A stretch of DNA of 64,000 nucleotides from Phoronis australis (Eukaryota > Animalia > Phoronida). Both the position numbers and the translations under genes were made by a program. The stretch is taken from contig NMRA01000007.1 of the NCBI GenBank assembly GCA_002633005.1, forward strand, positions 1,254,362-1,318,361. The letters run 5' to 3'. This document shows, piece by piece, positions 1 to 12,200 of the stretch (position 1 is its first letter; each line of letters starts with the position of its first letter). The notes under the pieces are model-generated. The model searched no databases and had not been told where the DNA came from. It saw only the letters and a program-made list of their open reading frames with translations.

Positions 1-69
1 TTCAGTTTGTTCGATGTGAAATTAAGAACTATTTTGTCAGTTTCTTGGCAGATGTACTTGTATTTCTAG

Positions 70-206
70 GAGAGTTTGCATACCATGGTCACAGAGTAAA
101 AGTCTACGACAGCAACTTACCAGCTTTGAACAGCGTGTTTGATCGAGTGGAAGAAGACAAGAAACAACTGTTGCAAGATGGACTTATGGCACACAAAAAT
201 TTTATT
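70..206 (+). CDS. Gene 1 exon (Rossmann alphaB/betaB region)
   Basis: ctag acceptor, gtacgt donor at 207; GEFAYHGHRVKVYDSNLPALNSVFDRVEEDKKQLLQDGLMAHKNFI fits the 3HCDH_N pattern FAxxGxxVxxYD. Confidence 0.85.
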
Positions 207-3200
207 GTACGTGAGTTACGCATTTTTTGAACTTGCGCTTTGGTAGTATACTACAAAGCTACAGTGTGAAAACGTACATTTGGAGAATGTATTTAATGAG
301 ACTCTAAGTTTTCCCACTTGTTATAAGTAAGCAAGTCTCATACGGAACGTATAACAGCAATTGGAATAGGGAATTCTCGTAAATTACAGACCTTTATTTG
401 TTTTACGATCAGTATTTTTAACCATTAGATGATAAGAAATGAAGTTCACTTAATCAACAGCGGCAAACATTTTGTTAGTGGATCACGAGAACGTCAAAGG
501 ATGTACTATTATATATTGCTCGATGATAGTTTTTTTGGCATCAGTGAATTTTTATGTAATCTGTAAATCCACTGTCATCATGATGACTAGAGAATTGTTA
601 CATGATTGTCACTGACAGGGTCAGATCCTATGTATGAGTCAACTAGAAGAGGCAGTGCGAGATGCAGAGTTTATCATTGAAGTTGTACATGATGATCTAC
701 CTATTAAATTGGACCTGTTTGAAAGTAAGTCTGCTTTCATGGTTTCGTTTTTTGTTGTTAGTAACTATGGTAAAAATTTTCTAGTTTGGAACAGTGAAAA
801 ATTAAGTATTTTGCTCAAAGTCGGAGCTTATCCATACTCAACTTTCAATTTTCCTAAATGGAAATGATATTCTTAATAAACATCAATGTGGTTTCAGGAA
901 ATGTCACTCTACAGAACTTGCCTCGCTTGAACTTTTAGACCGCATTTGTTCCCATCATGGTAATGACATGAATCCCGTGGTCATCTTTCTAGATTTCTCT
1001 AAAGCTTTCGACACAATAGACCACCAAATACTCTTGCAAAAGATAAATCACTATGGTATTACTGGAGTTGAATATACACTGTTTAAAAGTTATCTCTCAA
1101 ACCACACCCAATATGTTTCACTAAGTGATACAACTTCCAGTTGGTTACCAATATCTACCGGGGTTCCCCAAGGCTCTGTCCTTGACCCACTTCTCTTCCT
1201 AGTTTACATAAATGATCTTTCGTTTTCTTCTCCCATGGACACACTTCTTTATGCTGACGACACTTGCCTCGTCACACCTTACAAACTGACTGAATCTTCC
1301 CAACACAGCAATTAACCACCATCGACAACAACCTTAAATCTATTTCAGACTGGTTTTCCATGAACAAACTTTCAATTAACACATCAAAAAGTAAATTAAT
1401 GATCTTCCACTACCATCAAAAGAAAATTGAAAAATGTATTATTCCCACCATGCAAAACAATATGTCATGTGAACAGTTTTCCTTTCCTTGGTATTACTGT
1501 TGACAAAAACCTCTCATGGTCCCCCCACATTAACCTCAACTCAAGCAAACTTAACAATCTCGGTGGACTCTTATACAAATTGAAATCTTATCTTCCTCTT
1601 CCAGCTCTCAAGTTGATATATAATTCACTTGTCCTCCCACATTTAAACTATGGCATTGCAACTTGGGGTTTTGGCAACACTAAGAAACTTCAGACAGCCC
1701 AGAAGAGAATCCTCAGGAATATATCAAATTCCAGTTATAATTCTCACTCTCTGCCCGCATGTAAGGAATTTCGCTTCCCTCTACTTCAAAACATCTTTAA
1801 AATCTCAACTGAAAATTTTACTACAAATTCCTCAATAATCAGCTTCCTAAGTATTTTTACACTAACAACTTCTTTAGTAAACCCATCCAATATAAACCAA
1901 CCAGACACAGTAAAACTCCTACATACCTGAATTAATACTCAGCTGCTATACCGACAATACAACCCAAAATTTTAATTCCTCCGTCCAACAAATTGTCATC
2001 AAGAGCCTGTATTAGTTTTGAGATTCCTCGACTTATCAATAACAACGAAATACCAGTCTCTGCTCTAAATATAATAAAAACACATTCTTTGCAAGCATTC
2101 TCCAGGTTCTTAACCAATTTTATTATTAGCAACTACGATCCAGTTTGTCATATTTCTAATTGCTTCATATGTAACAGTATCTAATTGTATTCTCAAAATC
2201 TCCTGAGCTGCCAGTCTACTTCTTGGTTCCTTGCGTGTCGGTCGTTTTCAGCACTAATTCACTTTGTCTTCTTAAGGATTCCTACTGAGTTTTGCATTTC
2301 CATTTATTTATTTTGTACAGGGGACCTTCTTATTAGCAGTCAATAACCTTTGGAAGGCCTCCTAATTGAAATCAAATTTTAATTATTGTATTATTATAAT
2401 GTAATGTAAATAAAATATAAGTGTTTTCTCTCATGTAGACAAAGCGAGCAGACAGTGATAATATATCTAAGCAATTACCGTAATCGTTCGGGTTAACGCC
2501 CTGGGCGGTTAAATTGGCAAACCCAAAAAATCGGGGGTGGGCGGTTAACCAGACATGGGCGCTTAAACGTGAAATTTCAAGAAATCCAGGGTGGGCGGTT
2601 AACCGAACATGGGCGCTTATTACGACAGGCAACCGCCCTGGGCGGTTAATCTTACCTCGTACTCGGAACGCGTAGTACTTTTCAAAGAGCGTTATCGTCA
2701 CGTCGCCACATGACGAGAAAAATGTCATAACAGCGGATGATCCCAACAAAGATTCTCTTGCCCTCAGATTAGTTATTCACTGTTAAATTTACAGAATTAC
2801 TGAGTAATAGCCCCGTGGCGTCCTGCGGTCTTGTTACTTTGCCCTCTAGAGCGCAGACGACCAGTGACCACGCAGCCTCTACTTGGATTGCAACTATTTT
2901 AAGATGTGACCTTGTTAAAGTGCGCGCGTGCAAGCTTCACGTGTTGCAGAGGTCACAGCAGACATCAAATTTATGGTTGCAGTCTCGTACTGAGCTGCCA
3001 AGTTCATAGTCTGAGAGCAGTTTTAAAATGAGTTGTAATAAAAGTTTGAAAAACTTAATTCAGATGTTTTTTGTGTTTAGGATGTTTATAGTCGACACTC
3101 TGTGACTCAATGACATTTTCAGCGTATGGTTCTGCGGCTAGCTGTTTTATCTCGACCGCCCGGCATTGCTCACTTGCCGTTGCGCCAAACATGCTCGGCA

Positions 3201-6200
3201 AAGAATTAGGCCTAAGACAAGAATCGGTGTTAAGCGGCCGTGAGCTACTCGTCAATCAAGAATAAAATTTCGAGCCACGACATAAATATGTGATAAAACG
3301 CCACAAAACAGCGATGTTTCAATTCATTCTTAAACAATCGCCTTACCAAACTTCGTGGTGGAAAAACATTTATTTTTCATGCAAGATGTCCAGATTATCC
3401 TATTTATATCACTTGCAATAGGCCTATCGCACTGCGGCACTGTTCGGTCTCGCTGTTAGCAAGCAATGTCTCAGTCGGCTGACAGTCGTGACTTGGAAAT
3501 GCCGTCAAGTAATAAAACGGCCTCTTCCAATATGCATCTCGTTTTTTATGGCCAAAGATAGCGGCGGGAATCAGCACGCACGTAGGGCCTACGAGTGAGC
3601 ACCTGTCAATCACATGTTGATGTCAAGGTAACATGCACTGCAAAGTGTGGGAACTTGCGCACGTGCACCAAAATGACTACAAAGTCACACATCAAAAGAG
3701 AATAGCCCTAAGTAACAAAAACGGGCGTGACTATGTACTTTTAAGCTGTTGTTACGAAAGACCCAGTTCTTTACGATATTCCTCCGTTGCCAATGTTCCC
3801 CAAAACTGCGATGTCAAGTCTATTCCGATATTTCCCGCTCGATGCTCCCTAAGCCCATGCCCGTAGCTAGCTGTGTGCATCTCCTACCCACTATCGCCAA
3901 TTTTCAGTCAGTCTACGTCGTAGATATTTCAGACTCGAATGGTAAGAAACTGGCCAATGTATAAACAAAATTATTCTGGATGGCAAAAAGGGGATGTGGA
4001 AACGATATTTCACAGTCACGCTTATACGTGGGGGCTGACGCAAGAAAAAATAAAGAACAGCCAGCGACAATAGTTAAATCTGGTAACGCCAGTTTGACTG
4101 AGATGCAGTAAGCAAAAAACAAAATTTGACTAGCTGTTTTTTATTACTTCAAGATCATACACAAACAAACATTATTGCCAACCTTTGAATTCAGAAATCG
4201 ATAGGCAGCAACGAAATCGGTAACCCAGTAAGGCACTTGTACTGTCCCTTCGGTCGCCACACGTCCTCTACAACCCGGCAGTTACATTCATCAAAATGAG
4301 AATTTGAAATCTTTCCGTGAGTTGTGAGATTTCTTCAAAATACGAGAGCTTCCCACCTTAAGAGAATTTGGAGGGTTGGCAAAACCATTGTCACATTTGT
4401 CTGGCCTGATTTTTTCGAATATATATTTTATCTAGTGCACTGCAGACCGAAACTCAGTGCGGCAGACAAAGTCGCTGAAAGCGGAGGTTTTGACGCCGGC
4501 GCCGTTCTTAAACTTTGTAAACATGGGAAGAAAATAAAGTGACAAAAACGTTAAAGTATTATATTTTGAAGTGAGTCCATGACCCAAGACAAGAACTCCT
4601 TACTTGTATTGTAATTCACATTGCTAAACCACCGTCTTGAAGGCCCGGCGTTGTTACGCTCATTGTGATCATCGATCTTTTTGTAAAAGTCGGGGAATCA
4701 CCGTTTCCTTAGCACTGGGCGCTAAATCTTCATTCTTTAAAAGTACGGGATGGGCGCTTAACCGAGAGGTGGGCGCTTAACTGGAAATCTTCAAAAATCG
4801 TAGGGGGGCGCTTAACTGAGCAGTGGGCGGTTAAATCGAAAATCCACCTAAAGTAGGGGGTGGGCGGTTAACTGAGCATGGGCGTTAACCCGAATGATTA
4901 CGGTAAGAACATGGCATTCTAATAAGAGACGAGAAAAGAAAATTAGTGATCGTGTATTAAAACAAAAATATGGGTCAACCTCAGGGGCGAAATCAGATCA
5001 TGTGGACCAAAATAGAGCAATGTTGTCCAATGTTAGTTAAAGTTTTGTAGCGATATTTTCACAAGAGTTTCTGCCCTAATGTCAAAGCATTACAACCTGT
5101 TCTTCTTTTGCCAGGGGTCTCTCATCTGTGTAGTCCAGACACTGTAATAGCTTCCAACACACTACGACTTGATATTAATGAAGTAGTGGACAGGACAAGC
5201 AATAAAGAGGTACTGTAGTTTCTGAATTCTGTTTTCCTCTACTTTCTATTTCTATATTCTATATTTCTTTATTCTATGTTTCTTTATTCTCTATTTCCAT
5301 GTTCTCGATTTCTGTATTCTCTAATTCTCGATTATCTATTTTGCTGTTCTCTATCTATCTATTCTCTATTCTCTGTTCTCACTAGGTAGTAATTTGCAGA
5401 AGTTGTGTTATGCTTATCTTGTGTGTGAATTTCATGAAAAGTCCCAATTGTCAAATCATTTGATAGAGTTTGTAGGATATAATTCTCACTGGCGTTTCAT
5501 GAAACTCTTAATTCATGAAGCGCATGATGGAGCTGATTCAGGATGTTGACCATGGGGTCCAACATTCGGGTCACTATAGTTTTTCCATTACAGTTGTTGC
5601 GAACGTTTTGTCCTGTCAGCACGCCATCTTTTGGCCACTTCACCTGACCTAATGACTAAGTCTGAAAAGATTTCTGCCCCTACCTTGACTCGAATCCAGG
5701 ACCTTCTGCTAACCATGCAACTGAGCCATCGGGACCACTGGTCAAACACAGAAATCCAATCAGACTTAGTAGTGGGCGTCTTACCCTTGATCTCCATTGT
5801 GTGTATAACTATATCTATCTCAATATGGCGTGGAAATATGTTGCGAACATTTTGTCCCATCAGCACACCATCTTTTGGGCACATCACGTGCCCCAGTCGG
5901 GGGCAAAAATCTTTTCAGATTTAAATTCATTAGGTCACGTGATGTGGCCAAAAGATGGCGTGCTGACGGGACAAAATGTTCGCATCATATTTCCACGCTG
6001 TATTGAGATAGGTATATTGTTACAGTTGTTGTAAACGTGGCATAGCAGGGAGTTGTTATAAAACCAGGAATGGTATATTACAGATGGTTGCGACATCAGC
6101 TTGTTAGGCCAAAAAACAAAATTGGTTCTGGTCTTTACCCACCTCATTTGGAGACATGCACTCACCAACAAAAATACCCAACGGCATCAGTTTCAAGTAA

Positions 6201-9200
6201 TGTCTCATTTTTATGCGCCCGCATATTTATATGTGGATGCCGTCATCTCCGTCCGTCCGGCATCCGTCTGGCATCCGGTGTCCGCTGCTCTATCTCCAAA
6301 ACCCTTTAACATACGTTCATGAATTGTGGCTCATATGTTCCATTCATGAATGGGACGGCAGGAGCGAATTTTCGGATGGATCTAACTACCGGTGTGCCCC
6401 CTAGTGGCAATTTTAGTTTTTTACACTTACCTTTATATCTTAAAATGTCCTTAACAGATTTTCATGAAATTTGGTATGTAGGCACCTATTAGTAAGATGA
6501 CACTATCCTCCTATTTTCGAATGGATTCGACGGAGTTTGCACCACCTAGTGGCCATTTTTACTGTTTTCGAGTCGTTTTTTCTTTGCGTCCACCCCTCTA
6601 TCAACCAAACCGCTCAAAGGATGATTGTGAAAATTGGCATGTATGTGTTTACTATAAAGAGGAAAATTGACGATGATTTTCCGACGATTTTGACTACTGT
6701 GGCGCCTCCTAGTGGCAGTTTGTTTTTTTTGCGCTTATGGATGTATCTCCTAAATGGTTTGCAGGATCTTTACTTAAATTAGTATGTGTTTTATATGATA
6801 CTGACTACGGATGACAACGACTTTTGGACAGATCTGACTAATGCTGTGCCCCTAGTGGCAATTTTAGTTTTTTACGTTTAACTCTGTATCTTCAAAGGTC
6901 CTCAACAGATTTTCATCAAATTTTAAATATAGGCATCTATTGGTGTGATGGCTCTATCTTCCTGTTTTTGGATGGAATTGAGGTATTTTGCACCACCTAT
7001 TGGCCATTTTGCTGTTTTCAAATCTTGTTTTTGGCTTCCACCCTTGTATCAACCAAATCATTTGAACATTTATATTAAATATACATGTTCTCAGTGTGAA
7101 AACGACCTTTGATGATGGTGACTGGCTACTGTGGCGCCTTCTAGTGGTAGCTTTGTTTTGTGCCCATAGTTGTATCTCCTAAGGCCACTGCAGTATGTTT
7201 ACTAAATTTAGTAACACAGTGTATTTATATTTAGATAACAACAGACAACGACTTTCAGGCAGATCCAACAGACACTGTGCCCACTAGTGACAATTGCATT
7301 TTATTCTGTTTTCCTTTGTTTGTCTGAAGTTCCTTGACAGATTTTTATGAAATATGGCATATTCCTGTTTTTATATGGATTGTATGTTTTGCGCCATCTA
7401 GTGGCCATTTTTATGATACAAATAAATAATCCTAAAAGCACACCATTTGCAATACATTTGTGGGCGCATTTCAACGCTCCGCGTTGCTCTTGTTTTGAAA
7501 AGTTGCACAAAGGCATGTAAGTAAAGTTTGAGTGAAAAACGAATCCTGAGTCATTTTTACTCATCCTAGGTGGATTTTCTTTAAAGGTAAGCAACTAAAC
7601 AGATACCCTACCACCCATTCTATTTTCAACAACAACACAGATCATAACCAACTATGCTTTTTTGGCCTAATAAGTTATCTGATTTTTGTGCATATAAAAA
7701 TGTTGAAATTCGGCTTTGGCCAAATGTGTCATTCTTCTAATTTTATGTGTTCACTAAATTCCTAGAAGAGCTCAAAATTTTATCTTGTGCTGCTTGATTT
7801 TAATGGACTCAATAATGTGAATGAATTATCCTCTAATGTACCATTATATGTATTTTGTTCAAAATTGAGTTATTAGACAAATTGCTTGTTAAGTGCTCTT
7901 CACTGTAACACACAATGTGATTAATTTGTAACTTTGGTTTGTTCTCACTGGCTACCATAACACAAAACTGTCATTTGTAAAATTTTGGAACATTTTTACA
8001 ATGTAAAATGGAAAAATTCTATTTTTGGCAAATATTTTTGTGCCAAGTTCATGCCGCGAATTAATTGTTAATTCCACTAGTCTGTCGTGTTATGCATTGG
8101 TTGGAGAATGTTTATCTGACTTTTGTCCAACTCAGTGTTAATTAAGGCAAGCCGAAGTTGAAACTTGAATGAATCAATTTAGCAGTGGTCAGTCTTCCTG
8201 TTGAAGCTATCGATGAACTCCATTCAGTCCACTGGGTTGTCATGTGTGTAGGAATGCAACTCGTAACGATGTTAAAGAACCTAAATAAAGGTTTCTGTGT
8301 TCTATATGCAGTACAAGCCAAAGGTATTCAGACAAAATGACCAGTAATTCCCAGTCAAGATGACAGGGTGGAAGTTGAATTCATCGTTTGAGCAGACGTC
8401 TTTCCTTGAGATCGAGAACTTGAAGAAGAACTAACTAGACCCTTACTAAAGGTGGCTGAGCCATTTTGTAATTAGAATTTTTTCACCCAAAAAGTTATTA
8501 CCAGCCATTTTTGCAGTTCACAGTATTAGCTATCTCAAGTTGACGGGGAAATGGTATTTTGTCTGATTACTTGTGTGTTGTACTAAAGGAATGCTGACTC
8601 GCGCTATTAAAGAACAAAACAAAGGATTCCCCCTCCTATACATGAATCAAAACAATGATGATGCTGGATGGGACTCTAACTCATGTTATTTATAATGTTA
8701 AGATACATTCGTCTTTTCCAGAGGACCCTTGGTCTGAGGTTTTTATTCCCCGTTTTCTGTATACCCGAAGTAGAAATTACACCTAGCAAGTATACCTCTG
8801 CCACCACTATAGAAAAAGGTAAGACATCTCTAGTGAGGAACACAGTCCAGGGCCCGGTCTCTAATCTTTGTACTCGAAACGAACTCGAAACTATTTTTGG
8901 CAATTTCTCTGCTCCTTTTGTGCGAACTTAAGATAATTTGTTATCAGACTGTGCTCGAATACATTATAGTTTATGCAAAGGAGTTTCTAGTTCAAGTTTG
9001 GAATTGAAGACCCTTATATTCGTGCTACAAACTCGAGTAAAAACTCGAAATTTCTAGTTTAAACTCGAATTTATTGCTTTAATATTGGGTTTACAAACTG
9101 TGAACTAAGGGTAATAAATTATCTACGTAAGTTATTGTGTTCTCGAGCATAGAATAATAGACACTTATCTTGAGTTCGCCCAAAAGTAGAGTAGAAAATG

Positions 9201-12200
9201 CCAAACCTAATTTTGAGTTCCATTTCGAGTAAAAAGATTGGAGACCGGGCCCAGGTAAAAATTGACAGCTGGATGATGATCATCCCACAGTTGGAGTTTG
9301 CTAATAGGAAATCAGTCCAGCTGCGGCTTGGGGTGCTTGATCACCTATTGAGTCCTGTATGACACCTTATTAAGTCATAAAACTATATGTGCCTGTAATT
9401 GACTGTTGGCAACCCAGCCAGATGGCTCTGCATTGTGTTGGCAGGGAATTGGGTAATTGAATCTTGTGCTTCAGTTCTCAAATTAAATTGGTTTTTGGCT
9501 TGAAATTTCTTCTGTACTAGGTTGATCATGGAGATAAAAAAATAAGGTCTGTCTTGTGTTACATTATTGGATAATGTTCTGCTCTTTATAGAGACTATGA
9601 GGGTGGAGGTAGTCCTAGGCTATTAGCATTGATAAATATCTTTGCATATTGATCTGAGTAGAGTTCAAATTCAGTTTATTGCGAATGATCAGAAAAATAG
9701 GAAAAATTTTCATCTCTGTCATTGCAACTGTGAAGCTGAAAGTTGCTGGTAATTTTTGTATTCTGTTGAGTGTAATGGAAGCAAGTTCATCCACCGACCG
9801 TATCAACAAATTATGAACCCATTTAGAGACATGCGTGTTTGTGAGGTCTTGAATGCTTGGAGTATGGGCGTATAGTATAACTAAGTTATTTCAATTTGGT
9901 ATATTAGCAGGACTAGGATGACTTAGAAGCTTCACTGATTGCTTTATAAGTGTTGTAATGGAATGTATTAAGCCGCCTAAAAGAGCTCCTACTTTCATGT
10001 TGGGTAATGATGAGGTGCCATATTGATTTTCATTTATTTCATTCGACCTACTCCATCTTCATTAGCACTCCACTGGCAACAGTTGAGTTTTCCCAGAGCT
10101 CCTCGAAAAACATGGAATTATGGGGATAAGCGGTTTCATCTGTTATTGTATGTGCCGAGACCTTGTTGTGAAATAGATTAATAGATATCTTGTGAGATTG
10201 GATTTCAATTAAAACAGGTTGTTCAAAGTTTTTTTCGGAAATGTAATCCTGAATAGTGTTCTTGAGACAATTTGTATGTATGGCAACATTGGCTGTTCAT
10301 GGGAGGGGACCGGGGGTCCAGACCCACCTTTGGACCCCCCTTTTAACCAAAGTGTGGAACGAAAAGCACGAGAAAAGTTCATTTCTTATTACTTTAATTT
10401 GTCTTTCATTTTGTAATTCTGTTTTTTCTTACTATCTGTTTGTTTTTTACTGAGGGCCCCCATGGAAAGCAGTGTGAACTGATGGGGCTACCTTCATTGT
10501 AAATATTACATTAATTATAATAATTATAATTTCTATAAACCACTGGGTGCAGAGATGACGACACTAAGTTTCTTTACTGGTTTTCTTCTCATTGTTTTTG
10601 ATATAAAATTCTCTTCTGAAATTATCATTTTACTTGTAACCCTCTGTTGTAAAAAGCTGGATCTGCCTTTGGTCAAGCCACATGTTATAGTTTTTGATGA
10701 ACTATATTTAAGTCTTTGAAATAATTGAAAAAACCTTTTTGGCAATGAACATGCAGTAAACATTCTTTAAGTTGGTATAAAAATATTTGTAATAATTTCC
10801 ATTTTTGAAAGGCTTGCCGTACTACATTGCTCTGAACTCTCAGAATTTCACCAAATACTGTGCTATACAATTTAAATGCCCTGGGGTCTTTTTCATAAAA
10901 ATGACTTAATTAGTAATAAAAGTTTTAAGTCACGAATATAGTATACCGGTACGTACAAAATTATGCAAGAAGAATGATTTTAGGAGGATGAAAACTACCT
11001 GTTCATGTTGGAAGTCATTTGGACTGCTGAAAGTGCTATGCATGTTTCTGGCATTGTTCATTGCAGTGAGGAAGCTTCTGGAACGTATGGGTAAAACTTT
11101 ATTTTTTCGATCTGGAGGTGAGCCCCTCATTCTGACGGAGGAGCAGAGGGAAGCTAGGAAATTTGGTAAGTTAAAGTTCTGGGATCCCAATAAAGGCCAT
11201 CTGCAAGATGTGTACAGTGTGTAGTTACATTGAGTCTGCACACTGAGCAAAAGATGTTAAGGGACTGGCTAGATAGTTATCTACTCTGGGTTTTATCCTG
11301 GATTGTGAAAATACAGTGTCTGAAATCATAAATCTGTTCTCGACTGATAATCCTTCATCGTATGCTCCTGGGTGCTCATTTAGAAAGAGACATTTTTTCC
11401 TCAAAAATTCTAATACTGCTATTGTTTTCTTAGCTGAAAATACCAAAATATGTCAGTTTTATGGTTTCATTGGTATTTGTGGTAATTTCTGCTCAAGAAG
11501 TAATGTGGAAATAATAAAGGACAGCTTGTCTTGGCCACAGGTTATAAAGACTTTACTAATAACTGCAATAAATAGAAATTCATAGTGACACACTTCCTAT
11601 TATTAACTGTAAAGTATCTTCAGGTGAATAGTGGCTAAACATCAAGTGTTTTAACAGGAAGTCAGTTAAACCATAGTACTCAAGTTCAACCTCTAATCTA
11701 TTGCTTGTATCTTGTGCGCATTGTTTAACTACCTTTAGTTTAAACTCTCAATGTTTATCCTGAATGCATCTAAAGATTCTTTTGATTTAAGAGAAGCGTC
11801 GTATTTTACTGAAAATTTCTATATTATGGTTGTTTTTTAAATTCTTGAAATAATAAACTTGGTATAATGTAAATAAATGTGAAAATTAAAATCATTATTT
11901 TGTTTGTCGTGAACCCTTTTATTTTTCTTTTCCTGCCTTCCTAGAAAACGTGCAAATTGCTAAAATTTTAATTCCTGAAGCAAAGCCTGGTATGTTAGTG
12001 CCTCTCATGAACAGTTCGTAGTTACAAATGTCCGTAGAAATTTGTTATTAAACTGAAGCTGTTGATTCTTGAAAACTACCTTTTTCAAATCAAAATTTCA
12101 AGTCATCAAAGTTCATGTAAACATATTAAATTTGGCTCTTAGTTACTCTTAGTTTGGTTCAAATCAAGTTTTACTGTATTTGTAGCTCGCCTGGAACAAA

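Noticed and set aside
968-2184. Active or domesticated reverse transcriptase
   Set aside because: 5'-truncated, no endonuclease domain, in-frame stop and frameshifts; an ordinary dead LINE copy.
70-11165. Calling gene 1 HADH or CRYL1
   Set aside because: Catalytic residues and the C-terminal dimerisation domain are missing and the frame continues into a RING, so no symbol was assigned.
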